64,000 nucleotides of DNA from Octopus vulgaris (GCA_951406725.2 OX597828.1:40424001-40488000), one strand, 5' to 3'; shown: positions 12,713 to 24,836, numbered from the stretch's first letter. Program-made: numbers and translations. The notes: a model not told the origin generated them from the letters alone.

Positions 12713-12919
12713 AATTCTTTTTATTGCAGGTGGGGGTGGTTGTAAGTCAGCTTTGAACTTGGAAGCTAGAATCTCAGCCATGGCACTAACATTCACTTTG
12801 CTCTGGACTTCTCTCCTATCCTTTTTCATGTCTTCAAATCTCCAATTTGATGTTAATCGGTTGCTTATTTCATTAATAGGAAGTTTTGAATAGCTTTTTA
12901 ACTCAACAGGGGCCCGATT
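12713..12919 (-). CDS. MICAL: MICAL coding exon 14
   Basis: NRAPVELKSYSKLP...EVQSKVNVSAMAEILASKFKADLQPPPPAIKRI resembles the NKVKxMAxQLLAKF motif of MICAL2/3. TACAG acceptor, ATT|GTAAGT donor. 207 nt, phase 0. Confidence 0.88.
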
Positions 12920-13280
12920 CTGTAATGAGGATGATAACAACAATAATGAGGATGATAACAACAACAATAACAACAATCCTTTCAACTATAGACACAAGGC
13001 CTGAAATTTTGGTGGAGAGGATAAGCCAATTATATCGACCGCAGTGTTTCACTAGTACTTAATTTATTGACTTCAAAAGGATGAAAGGCATAGTCGACCT
13101 CAGTGTAATTTGAACTCAAAACATAAAGGCAAACAACATACCACTAAGCATTTTGCCCAGCTTGCTAATGATTCTGCAAGATTGCTGCCTAAACAAACAA
13201 ACAAAAACGACGACGACAACAACAACAATAATAATAATGGTTTCAAATTTTGCCACAAGGACAGCAATTTTGCAGGAGGG

Positions 13281-13281
<1 letters not shown>

Positions 13282-13334
<53 letters not shown>

Positions 13335-13701
13335 TAATAAAAATAATAATAATAATCTTTTTTACTATAGGTACAAGACCTGAAATTTGGTGGAGGGAAG
13401 GGGCTAGTCAATTATATCAACCCTAGTGTTCAACTGGTGCCTAGTTTATCAACTCTAAAAGGATGAAAGGCAAAGTCAACCTTGGTGGAATTTGAGCTCA
13501 GAACGTAAAAAAGGACAAAAAGCCACTAAGTAAGTATTTTTTCTGGATGCTAACAATTTTGCCAGCTCACCACAGGTAACACGCTACCAGGCATAAAGCC
13601 AATCCTGAGTCAGGTATAATAATAATAATAATAACAATAACAATAACAATAACAATAACAATAACAATAATAATAACAATAATAACAATAATAATAATAA
13701 C

Positions 13702-13743
<42 letters not shown>
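13282..13743. repeat. (AAT)n and (AATAAC)n microsatellites
   Basis: Tracts at 13282-13354 and 13616-13743. Confidence 0.95.
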
Positions 13744-13745
<2 letters not shown>

Positions 13746-13747
13746 AT

Positions 13748-14352
13748 GCAGAAAGAGTACAAGTGTAGACACAACAAGGTAGCCCAAAACCTCCACTGGC
13801 CATTATGCCGCAAGTATTGATATGAAGTTATGGGTGTTTGGTACAAACATACACTGGAAAAAGTAATGGATGAAAAGAGGAAGGCAAAAATCCCCTGGGA
13901 CTTTGATTTCCAGACAGACAAGTTATTAGAGCACCAAAGGCTGGATGTAGTAACCTTTAGGAGGGACAAACAAGAGCACCTAATAACTGATGTGGCAGTG
14001 CCAGGAGATCAACATATCATCATGAAAGAAAGAGAAAAGGTTGATAAACATGGAGACCTGAGAACTGAGATCGCTAAGATGTGGCAGCTACGAGAGTCAA
14101 GCATAAAGGTTATCTCAATAGTCATTGGAGCATTGGGTTTAATATCACCCAACCTGAAGAAACACACGGAAACTTTAGAAATACTCTACAATCTAGGTGT
14201 ATTGCAAAAGTCAGCATTACTTGGAACTGCACACATACTGCGTAAAGTACTGTCTGTCTGAGATCTTCGTTGTGACTTGACAAACAGTACAGACCCCCCA
14301 GTAAACACATCTTCAATCAGCAACCTCACAATATTGCACACTGTGTGGTGCC
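13748..14352 (+). mobile_element. R4/Dong-clade non-LTR retrotransposon 3' end (RLE endonuclease), 5'-truncated
   Basis: QKEYKCRHNKVAQNLHWPLCRKY*...WYKH...KIPWDFDFQTDK...RLDVV...ITDVAVPGD...EREKVDKH...IVIGALG...LQKSALLGTAHILRKVL, showing the RHN, PD..D-like and KxxKY motifs of R4-clade RLE. Flanked by (AAT)n and (TAG)n. Confidence 0.85.
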
Positions 14353-14357
14353 AATGA

Positions 14358-14410
<53 letters not shown>

Positions 14411-14825
14411 ACAACAACAACAATAATGTCTACAAATTTTGGCATAATGCCAGCAATTTTGCATGGATTGAGTTAGTCAATAACATCAACCTCAGCACTC
14501 AACTAGAACTTATTTTATCAACCATGAAAGAATGAAAGGTAAAGCTGACCCAGGTAGAATTTGAACTCAGAACGTAATGAGTCAGAAGAAATGTCACAAA
14601 GCATTTTTCACCAATGCTCTACCAATTCTGCCAACTCACCACCTTAATTGTTTTAAGGTTTGGTACAAGGCCAGCAAATTTTAGGGTTAGGGGTTAGTCA
14701 ATTACATCACCTTGATACTAGTACTTGACTGGTATTTAACGGACCATGGGAAGATAAAAGGCTAAAGTTGCCTGCAGCGTGATTTGAACTCATATTGAAA
14801 AATAAATTTTCTAATGCCAATTTAC

Positions 14826-14894
14826 CTCTTTCAGTTCGCCAGTGGCATGTGCACTGCCAAAGGTTAAATGCTCGTCTTCTCGACTTCGGCTGAG
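14826..14894 (-). CDS. MICAL: MICAL coding exon 13 (69 nt, symmetric phase 0, possibly a cassette exon)
   Basis: LSRSREDEHLTFGSAHATGELKE. CTAAT branch-like motif with TTCTTCTTCAG acceptor, GAG|GTAAAT donor. Open and in frame. No homology support recognised. Confidence 0.7.
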
Positions 14895-16249
14895 CTGAAG
14901 AAGAATTAGAATATATATGGAAACAATTACAACACTAAAACAACAACAGCAGCAAAGTAAATCTCAATAAATACAAAATAAAATTAATAAAGTGAAAAAA
15001 AAAACCAAGAAAAAACCCAAAGAAACCAAAGGAATCCCTTTAATCCATCTAAAATCTTTCCATCTTCATTCATTTGTTTAATCCTGTAACAGGGGATTTA
15101 AAACCAAATCCTTGAATACAGGGTTAGACATCACAAGCAAGCCACCAGTTTCACATGATTGGTCTATTAACCAATCAACCAACATGAAATAATGGCATGG
15201 ACAAGTTTTCTTGAACATTCTAGAAATTGACTTCTGGTCCCTATAAAAACCATTTGGCCTGCAATTTTACCAGCGAGACAACCCAGAGAGGCAACTAAGA
15301 GAGATGGCACAGATAGATGACAGGAACCTCCATCACCACAAATTTAGCAAAATTGTTTCCATTTATGTTGAGCAAGACACAGGTTGCCACATCAACAGCT
15401 TGCAGTAAACTCCAAGCAGTATACCTCTCCCATTATGTAATTATTGTTGTTGTCATCTGTAAAAATGGCCAACACAGTTTGTCTTTATGTGAGGTAATAA
15501 AATCTTCTGTTAAACATTTACATGTGTTGTCCAGTTACTTCTACACGCAGCTTAAGAAACAGATTTTCATTCATCAACTCGGCCAGTCACCACCACAACA
15601 GACCAGCCCACAACCTGCAGGCAGCAACAACCCTTTTGATCAAACCTATCAACAAATACTTTAACCCTTTCGTTACCAAACCGCCCAAAGCCACCTGAAA
15701 AAAATTTTGGTTCATGTGACCAAGCTGCCCAAACCCGCCCGTATTTACCTATTCATATTTAAATGAGAATATCAGAGCAAATCTCTTTAGTATATTCGTG
15801 AAAACATGTGATTATACTTCGTAAACAGTTCATCTACAGTTTTGTACAACGATCAAAGTGTAATTTTAATTCCGTGAATTTTGGGAGATTTTTTTCTGAA
15901 ATTTGTTCCTATTGTGTTTTCAAAATTTGTAATTCTGACAAAAAATGGATACGAATTTCATTATATCAAGCAATGAGTCAGAATTCGAAGGATTTTCTAC
16001 TGAAGACCTTGATAAATCTAACTCTATGACTAAAAAAAAAAAGCAACAGTTCAAAACACCTTCCCAATGTTCTACACTGTGGAATCAAACCTCAAACTAC
16101 ATAGTTACAAAGAGAACCTCTTAGCCATACAGCCATGCCTGTCCCTTGACAGGCTTTGATCTTTATGCCTCTGGGATGGTCATCAGAAGCTTAGTAAAAA
16201 AAAAGTCAGCTGTAATGTTTAAATCAGCCAACACTGGAGATTATATATA

Positions 16250-18332
16250 CACACACATAGACAATTGAAAAAACAGAGAGAAAAAAAAGAAAAGCCAAAC
16301 AAACATGTATTAAAATGACACTCAGTGAAAGAAGAGAGTTGTTGTTTGACATTTTGAGTACAGCTCTTCGTCGGAAACAGGAAAAGTAGGAAAGTCCAAA
16401 GAGAAAGAAGGAGGAATGAGGAAAAATCACCAATAGCCAACATGCAGCTACATTTGTGAAGTGACCGGAAGTATAAGGAGAAAGAGAAAGTGGTTTTTGG
16501 GATAGGAAATTGTGAAAATGGACAGTATAGGTGTATGGGGAGGGGGTATGTATGGTAGTGTGTGTGTGTGTGGTAGGATCTGTGTGCGTGTGTGTGTGTT
16601 AATGTTGCTTTGAGAGGTCAGCAACTATAGTGACAGGTGTGTAAATGGGTGGGTGTGGCCGTGTGTGTGTGTGTGTGTATGTGTTTGTATGTGTGTGTAG
16701 ATGTAAGGGTCAATAATGAGTCAGAAGCAGTCTGAAGGGTGTGTGAATGTGTGTGTGTGTGTTGGCATTTGTGGGAATGTGTGTGTGCACATGTATATGG
16801 GTGCATGTGCGTGTGCCTCTCTCTGTATATGTGTGTGTATACATGCGGGGATGTGTGTGTGAGTGCATATGGAAGTGTATGTACTTATGTCTATATGTGT
16901 GCATGTGGCGGGTGTGTGTGTAGAGGTATATGTGTGTTCATGTTTGAGTAGGTGTGTGTATGTGCATGTGCATGAGCGGGATGAAGTGGAATGTGTGTTG
17001 GTACGTTGGTGTAGCCAAGTATGTGGGTATTATGTATGCAGGTGTGTGTGTATATTCTTGGGTGTGGTGTGTGGTATAGGAATATAAAAAATAAAAAATA
17101 ATACAAATAACTAATAAAAAAGAAAAATTAGTAATGATAAAAAATACATGAAAAAGATTATTATGTGAATAAATCAGTAACAGAAATAAAAAAAAAACAA
17201 AGTCAGTAAAAGAAATGAATAGAAAATAAAAAATAAAATTAAAAAATGAATAAAAAATAAGATTGAATAAAATGATTTCTTAAAAAAGGGGTGTGGAGTA
17301 AGTCATTGGGAGAAGGAGGTTGTGTTGAGTTCGAAAGGAGTTTGAGTACGTAGAGTGAAAATGTAGTGCTGTTCCAGGCGGAGTCTAGAGTTGGTGGATC
17401 CATAGTGTAGTGTAGAGTGAGGCTGAAGATGGTGAGGTTTGAGGTGGAGTGGCCGGCCAAGCGAAAATGGTGGGTGACGGGGGTGTTCTTACATAGATGG
17501 AGGTCTCAAAGGTGGGTCCAGTGAACCTGTCGATCAGCCAGTAACTTGTCTGACCAACATAAAGTTGATTGCAAAGATTGCACCTGATGCAGTAAATGAG
17601 GCTTGAAGAAGCGCAGGAGAAGAAGTTCCTAATGTCGAGGGGGTGCTGGTTGGATCCAGTGAGGGAGGAGATGGTGTTGCTGATGAAAGGATTGGTGTGG
17701 CAACAGGGTCTGGAGCAAGAGAAGGATCTGAGTTGGGTTGGAATGGAGGGAGAGGGAGCTACGGACCAGTAGTTTGCGTAGGTTATGGGTAAGGGTGGGT
17801 TGGGGAAAATAGGGAGGATGGTGGGATCTAGCTGGAGGTGGCGGAAAGCCCACAGGATCTTCCGATTAAGAGGTAGGGTGGAGGGGTAGAAAAGGAGGGG
17901 AAAGGGGATGTGGGTGGGGATCGGTGTGGGGAAGGAGAGAGGGTGGTAACGCAATTGACTAGACGAGCATGGGTAAGAGCAGTTTGGACAAGGGTGGATG
18001 GGTACTGGGGCTGGGTCTTGAAATCCTGGTCCCAGCCACACAGACATCGGAGGCGGAGGAACTGGGAGTAGGGGATGGCCCGTTTGGTGCGGGAGGGATA
18101 TAGGAGGAACAGATGAGGTAGAGGTGGGACTCCATGGGTTTAAAGAAGGTGGAGGTGGTGAGAAAAGTGGGTGAAGGGACCAATGGAGACAGATATCAAG
18201 GAAGTTTACAAAAGTATCAGAGATGGTAGAGGTGAATTCAAGAGAAGGGTGGAAGTTAGAAACAAGACGAAATTGGAGAGCTGTTTGAAGGAGAGGAAGG
18301 TAGCGCTTATACAGTCATCTATATAGTGACCG
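16250..18332 (-). mobile_element. 5'-truncated, decayed Penelope-like retroelement (RT C-terminal half, GIY-YIG endonuclease, 3' region with hammerhead relic)
   Basis: Minus-strand translation across frameshifts gives HYIDDCI (RT motif at 18314-18325), SNFHPSLEFT...VNFLDI, FKPMESHLYL, FSCASSSLIYCIRCNLCNQLYVGQT...DRF and RLEQHYIFTLRTQTPFELN, the PLE RT then GIY-YIG order. A degenerate hammerhead lies downstream at 16343-16379. The 3' boundary is approximate. Confidence 0.88.
16343..16379 (-). ncRNA. Degenerate minimal hammerhead at the 3' end of the Penelope-like element
   Basis: UGUUU-CCGACGA-A-GAG(cugua)CUC-aAAA-uG-UC-AAACA. Stems I and II are intact. G12 to A and ACGU to AUGU are both CpG-type changes. 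Confidence 0.55.
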
Positions 18333-18342
18333 TATAAATATA

Positions 18343-18385
<43 letters not shown>

Positions 18386-18440
18386 TTGGCATATTTACCT
18401 TCTGTTCTACTCATGCATATTCAATAACAATAACACTTAC

Positions 18441-18550
18441 TCTTTTGTGTTTAGAGAAGCGGTTGCTTATCTTCTGCAGAAGGGACAAACGATGAGATGG
18501 AGATCTGTATGGTTTCGGTCCTTCTTCTGGAGTGAGAGCAATATTTTCCA
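18441..18550 (-). CDS. MICAL: MICAL coding exon 12 (CH-LIM linker; this frame is not in the ORF track)
   Basis: (L)ENIALTPEEGPKPYRSPSHRLSLLQKISNRFSKHKR. CTCAG acceptor after a pyrimidine tract, AGA|GTAAGT donor. 110 nt, phase 1 to 0, fitting both neighbours. Confidence 0.85.
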
Positions 18551-19283
18551 CTGAGAAAAGGAAGAAAAGATTATAATTAGAAAGTAATACAAAAAATAGT
18601 GAACAAATGTTTTATCAAATAATGTTCTAAAAAAATAATTTTCAAATTGCCACAGATATGTGTTTGTGTGTGTATATACATGTATGTGTATGTGTGTATG
18701 TATGTGTTTACATATGCATAAGGCACCTACTACACTCTTGGAGTGATTGGCATTAGGAAGGGCATCCAGCTGTAGAAACCATGCCAAAATCAGGCTGGAA
18801 CCCATTACAGATTTCTGACTTACTATTCCCAGTCAAACTGTCTAACCCATGCAAACCTGGAAAATAGATGCTAAATCTGTGTGTGTGTGTTCATATAAGA
18901 GTATGTGTGTGTACAAGTGTAACTATTGTACTTAAGTTGAACCGAATGATGTGAAAGTTGATAACAGCTTTGTGGTTTTCTGCAGTCCTGGAGTTTCATC
19001 TCCTTTAACTGAGAAAATATCTGCTTAGTTTTCATGGCCTTTAATATCTACTCAAAGCTACATGTCTGTGATTCTTGTGTTGTTTTCCACAGCTGTGTTA
19101 GCCACAAATTAATTTAGATAAGTGAATTTAAATTTTATGATTACTGAATCTCTTTGCTCATTTACATGACACCCTCAAATTTTTCTATATATATCCATGT
19201 TATATTTTAATTTCCAACAATGTTGGATTTGTCTGGATTGTATCATGAAACCTTGTATGTTTGAAATCTCACTTGTTTAAAAT

Positions 19284-19365
19284 TTTATCTGAAGATGGTG
19301 GATTCTATGTTATGATATAATTTATGAATGCATTAATAAAACTCTAGCAAAAGAGCTGTCATAAA
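19284..19365 (+). ncRNA. Degenerate hammerhead motif of the GAAACAGCUGUC class
   Basis: UUUAU-CUGAAGA-u-GGUGGA...UCUAGC-aAAA-gAGCUG-UC-AUAAA. Stem I is intact; G12 and C15.2 are mutated. Confidence 0.45.
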
Positions 19366-19614
19366 TTTTAAACACCATTTGTATTTTCATTTTATACTTA
19401 CGCCACACCAAGGACTGACCCTGGAGTCAGGTCTACAGTTTCAATTAGATTTGGTGCTTGCATATCTACAGGGTCCTATCAAAACTTCATGCCGTCAACG
19501 TTGTTTACTTTACTGCGAACTCTATGTTATTGTACCTAGCCATTTCTGGCATCTTATGTGTTGATGTACCTAGATTCTACTGAATCCCTATAACTAATGT
19601 ATATGTGTGCGTAA

Positions 19615-19657
<43 letters not shown>

Positions 19658-19783
19658 TATGTATGTAGATACATATATATAAAAGAATGTACATATATAC
19701 ACACATACATGCATATACATATATATGTGTATACATGTATATGCATACATATACATGAGTGTATACACACATATATATACATA

Positions 19784-19823
<40 letters not shown>

Positions 19824-20127
19824 TGTACATGTATATATATATATATATACATGCATATGCATATATATATATACATATGCCTATGCATACATATGCCTAT
19901 GCATATATATACCCATACATATATAGATACACACACACACACTCATTTAGATGTAAATCATTGTCACTTAAATGAGCAGCCAAAGAGTGAATCAGCTGCT
20001 GCTTTGAACACAATATATGATGAGATATATATATATCCGCACACACACACAGCATGGCTGCGGCCTTCGGGCTAAAACATTTTTAAGGATTTAAGGATTT
20101 ATATGCACACACACACACACATGTATA

Positions 20128-20167
<40 letters not shown>

Positions 20168-22183
20168 TGCCAATATAAATGCATCATCATTTTAACTTTC
20201 ACTTTTCCATGCTTACATACACATACATACACATATATACAGATACACAAACACACATATATGTAAAGATGTGTGTATGTGTATATATATGTGTGTATGT
20301 GTATATATGTCTATGTGTGTGTGTAGATGTGTGTATGTGTTTGTGTGTGTATTCATGTGCATATTGATCAATAGATGGATACTAGTTTATGATAATCATA
20401 GAGGGCAACAATAGTCTCTCTCTCTCTCTGTCTTGTTAGTGATGACTCACAAGTTAAATGAAGCTAATGTATTGTTTTATTAAAGCCTGGGTTTGTGTCG
20501 CCATTGGCGGTATTATACCTTTCTAAGTGTGAAACCATGTCAACACATATCCAGAGTGACTCATGCATACAATTCAATCATGCATGGACAACCACCTGAA
20601 GCACGTGAACGATGTGAGATACCAACAGATGTTGGGATGTGTGCCACTTTTTTTACATAGTCTCGCTTCGTATTGATTCTCCTAGCTGTTTGCATTTCAA
20701 ACACGTGAACCACGTAAAGGCTACTGGTTTCTGGACCTTCCAGTTAAGCAACTCAGAGTCCCGAGACGTAGAAGTCAGTCACATGTGCTACTAATATAAA
20801 CCTGTAGTAATTCAAATTAAATACCAAGTATTCTAACAGAAGTCTAAGAACTGTGTACAGAATACAGTGCCCTTTCCACTATGATATATAATGTTATAGA
20901 AAAAAAAAAAGGGAAGCCAATAAGGGAACATCTACATGGTAGCCAGACTTGCTAAAAATAACTGCTAAAATTTTCTTTCAAACCATTCTTTTATTCTTTT
21001 ACTTGTTTCAGTCATTTGACTGCAGCCATGCTGGAGCACCATCATGAAGGGGTTTAGTTGAACAAATCGACTCTAGGACTATTTTTTTTTAAAGCCTAGT
21101 ACTTATTCTATCAGTCTGTTTTGTTGAACAGCTTAGTTATGGGGACGTAAACACACCAACAGCAGTTGTCAAGTGGTGATGGGGGACAAACAGAGACACA
21201 AAGACACACACACACACACATATATACATATATATACATATTTAAATTAAAACCTTATATCAAAATCTCATGTTGATTTATGCTCCATACTTTCCACACT
21301 CTATACTCTTCCATAATGAAATACTTGATTTATGCTTCATACATCAATTTCATAATGACAAAGCGATACTAAGTTCTTTATTATATTCAAAATTAATTGA
21401 GACAAAAGCAGTGTATTTGAACAGAAATATTGTAACAAAAGAGCAAATTATAACAAAAAACTGGGCAATTAAGTGTTCAATAAAAAAAAATTGCAGTTTT
21501 ACCCTCAATAAGAACATCTTCAAATGAGAACAAGGTATAAAAATGTTTAGAAAGGAAAAAAAAACTTATTAAATTAATCATTCCTGATTTAAGCACAGTC
21601 TAGCAATGTTTAAGGTAGTGAAGTTAGTCAATGACATTAGTTCCCAGTACTTGACAAATACTTAATTTTATTGGCTGTAAAGATGAATGGCAAAGTTGAC
21701 TGTGGTAGGATTTGATCTCAAAACATAAAGATCTATAAAAACTGCAGCTGGGCATTCTTACTACACTCAAATGGTTCAGCCATTCCACATATCGAAGTAA
21801 TAAAAACACATTGTTTCGTGGAGACAGTTCAAAATATGATTAAACTATTTAGAGAAATACAGATTTGATAACATTCGGTACTCCACATAAAAACATGATG
21901 ATGATGATGATGATTTTCACAACCTTACAGGGGATGGATGCTCACTGGTTTGGAACCAATGCTCTAGATTATTGCTTGCATCTGCACCTAATTATAGGGT
22001 TCCACCTTTGTTGAATCAGTGAAGCATGAAGAAACACAAATAAAAATTAATGGATCATACAATGTTCTGATTGAGGAATTTCACTATTTCTACAGCAACA
22101 GATTTTAACATTTTTACAAGGATATAGTATTAAGCGAGCAGTGTTAGGAATTTGGTCATTCCTACATAGAATTCGGTACGTAC

Positions 22184-22331
22184 ATTTTGGATGTTTTTCT
22201 TTCTTGAAAATAACATAGAACTGAGAGAGATAGGAAACCATGGCAAGTTTGTCAGGCTCATCACACTCGGCCATCTCTTGCCCAGTCATCACAGGTGAGA
22301 TACCAAATTCTTTTTCGGCTAAATCAAAAGC
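22184..22331 (-). CDS. MICAL: MICAL coding exon 11 (CH domain, C-terminal part)
   Basis: [53 protein letters not shown] acceptor, T|GTACGT donor. 148 nt, phase 0 to 1. Confidence 0.95.
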
Positions 22332-22614
22332 CTGCACAAAAAGGTAAAGAGTGAGAATGGTAATTATTTTTTAAAAATAAAAAATTTTTTTTAAAAAAAC
22401 ATAAAAAAAACTAATAAAATAACAAATAAATAAGTAAACAGAACTTAAAAACATAAATCAAAACAAATAAATGTTTGCTTTATTAATGCCTTGTTGTTTT
22501 ATGAAACTCATATTTGAAATTCTTGGGTTGCAATATTTCTTTGGTAAATAGTTTGATCCAGGACAGTGTGTTGGGATTGAAATAAGTAGAGTTATTGTAA
22601 TTACTAAAACATAC

Positions 22615-22790
22615 ACGTTATTATTTACATTATTTACATTTGACGGATATTTGTCCTCATCTTGTTTGTTGTTAACACAGCGTTTCGGCTGATATACCCT
22701 CCAAGCTTCATCAGGTGTCTTGGGGAAATTTCGAACCTGGGTTCTCATTCCTAAGGTATTTTTCAATGTTATTATTATTATTATTAATAT
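22615..22790 (-). mobile_element. Penelope-like pLTR fragment carrying a degenerate hammerhead (22674-22730)
   Basis: Minus strand GACAC-CUGAUGA-agcuuggagggUAUAUcagcc-GAAA-CG-cU-GUGUU. Stem I is GACAC/GUGUU. Stem II and U16.1 are mutated. Followed by AT-rich (AATGTAAAT) repeats. Confidence 0.55.
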
Positions 22791-23439
22791 TATTAATATT
22801 ATTCAGGTCACTGCTTGGAATCAAACTCGGAATCTTGGGGTTAGTAGCTCGCACTCTTAAACCACTACGCCATATGCCTGTGTTATATTCACTTTATTAT
22901 ATTATTGTTATTTTGTAATAACAATAATAATAACAATCCTTTCTACTATAAGCACAAGGCCTCAATTTTGAAGGAAGGACACTTGTCTATTACAATGACC
23001 CCCAGAGCTCAACTGGTACTTATCAACCCCAAAAGAATGAAAGGCAAAAATCAACCACAGGCAGAATTTGAACTCAGAACATAAAGCCAGAATAAATGCT
23101 GCTAAGCATTTGCTCAGCAAGCTAACGATTCCACCAGCTTGCTGTCTTAATAATAATAGTAATTGTAATAATCCTTTCTTTTCTACTATAGGCACAAGAC
23201 CTGGATTTTCTGGGGAGAGGGGACAGTCGATCATATCGACCCTAGCACTCAACTGGTACTTAATTTATCGACCCCAAAAGGATGAAAGGCAAAGCAACCT
23301 CGGCAGAATTTGAACTCAGAACGTAGCAACAAACAAAATACTGCTAAGCATTTCATCCAGCATGCTAATGATTCTGCCAGCTTGCCACTTAATTAATAAT
23401 CACCATTTCTACTATAGGCACAAGGCCTGAAAGCTGTGT

Positions 23440-24030
23440 TGCTTTTGATTTTGTGAGCACGTCCATAAATGTTAGACATAAGGAATTCAAAAAGGTGCCC
23501 AAGGTTGTGGTTGGAAACATGGTGGATAATCTCGAGAGTGTCTGCCAAGTCAGTTGCCAGACGTTGGAGCTTTAATGCGTCCATGTTTTTTCCTTCTCAA
23601 GCTATGCCTGGCTCATTAGGGCCGGTTTTCTGGTCTCCTTGGCGCATAGATTCCACACCTGGATGGGACGCCAGTCCGTCGAAGGTGAGCTGCAAGATGG
23701 AGGAAGAAAGAGTGAGAGAAAGTTGTGGCAAAAGAGTCAGCAGAAGTTCGCCATTACCTTCTGCCGGAGCCGTGTGGAGCTTAGATGTTTCGCTCATAAA
23801 CACACATATCGCCCGGTCTGAGATTCGAACCCATGATCACTCGACCGCGAGTCCGCTGCTCTAACCACTAGGCCATGTGCCTCCACAATGTGTCGATGCC
23901 AAGGGAAGCAAGACATTCAGAGTATGGTAGAGGTCTGACAGTGGGTGTTTCTGAACAGTTTCCAGGAAATTGACATGTTGAGCAAGATAGGGTTCCAGAC
24001 AGGTGATGTAAATTCTAAGTGTGGACATAA
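23440..24030 (-). mobile_element. CR1/L2-like LINE ORF2 3' fragment interrupted by a SINE
   Basis: EPYLAQHVNFLETVQK...(SINE)...MDALKLQRLATDLADTLEIIHH resembles the PY..DI..LE.VQ...L..RR..DL..YKI thumb-region signature of CR1-group ORF2. Confidence 0.55.
23586..23886 (-). mobile_element. Young tRNA-derived SINE with target-site duplication
   Basis: A box TGGCCTAGTGG and B box GGTTCGAATCT. CpG-rich, A-rich tail. 12-bp TSD AATGCGTCCATG (23574-85) and AATGTGTCGATG (23887-98). A related copy lies at about 7767-8055 (+). Confidence 0.8.
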
Positions 24031-24097
24031 ACATAAAACACAATACATATTTAAAACATTTAACCGGTAAGGAGTAAAGTAAAACTTTGACACTCAC

Positions 24098-24146
24098 AAG
24101 CTGATTGTTCTTTACCACCTCGGATTTGTTGAGGCTATTAAAATCA
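24098..24146 (-). CDS. MICAL: MICAL coding exon 10 (CH domain, 49-nt exon)
   Basis: (I)DFNSLNKSEVVKNNQL fills the expected CH gap (IDFxSL...NNQL). TCTAG acceptor, CTT|GTGAGT donor. Phase 2 to 0. Confidence 0.94.
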
Positions 24147-24234
24147 CTAGAAATAGAAATCAAAGAAAAAGTATTATTATTTCTCAATTCACGAGATATT
24201 TTGCTGTGGACTGTTGCCACGCCAGGGCACTGCC

Positions 24235-24463
24235 TTAACCCTTTCATTACTGTATTTATTTTGAGATGCTTTGTGTTTCTTTCAATTATTTTAAATATAA
24301 CAGAGAATTTAATAAAATAACTTAGTTATCATTAAGTTAGTGTTAGGAACATAAATTGAGACTAAGGTTTGGTGGAAGATTTTAATTCAGAACTTTTGAA
24401 AACAAAACATTTGTACTATAAGGTCAGAGCCGGTTACAGCCGGGTTGGTAACGAAAGGGTTAA
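24235..24463. mobile_element. TTAA-flanked MITE, same family as 8816-9043 in opposite orientation
   Basis: TTAA-CCCTTTCATTAC...GTAACGAAAGGG-TTAA. Its reverse complement aligns with 8816-9043. Relatives lie at about 54371-54598 and 59575-60041; a second CCCTTT family lies at about 47114-47342, 41561-41791 and 48006-48287. Confidence 0.75.
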
Positions 24464-24836
24464 AGAATTTAGATGAAAAATTTGACCCAGTACAAATTTT
24501 TAAAATCTGGTATTTAGGCTATCATTCTCTTTAGCCAAACCACTAAGTTATGGAGGTGCAAACAGATCAACACAGTTGTCAAGGTGTGATGGGGACAAGC
24601 ACACTTACAGGTGAAGTGTAGGAAGAAAGTTAGCTTCAAGCAATTCGCAGTAAATATAAAAAACAACTTTCAGGGACAATGGTGGTTTATTGAGACAGAA
24701 GGTTGTGGATATTTTTCATATTGAAGTACAATGAACTCAAAAATGTTCTTTTTATATTTCACAGTAGGTGACCAGGGTTACCGGGTGTGCAAATGAAAAT
24801 ACAAGAGTTAAGGAATGGAGTAGATAAGATCCGGGC

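Noticed and set aside
16316-16450. Possible extra MICAL exon after long pyrimidine tracts, and an ETS site at 16464-72
   Set aside because: No good donor or an early stop. The segment is better explained as the 3' region of the Penelope-like element.
19554-20367. Numerous YI/VC/HT-rich ORFs (also near 3.1, 10.5, 16.7, 31.2, 32.7 and 57.7 kb)
   Set aside because: Products of (TA)n and (CA)n microsatellites.
21810-21890. Partial hammerhead (stem GTGGAG/CTCCAC plus GAAAC on the minus strand); also lone CTGAAGA at about 26860 and 63108
   Set aside because: The matching half of the catalytic core is missing.
23820-23884. tRNA gene
   Set aside because: A and B boxes continue into a SINE body with tail and TSD, so this is a tRNA-derived SINE head.
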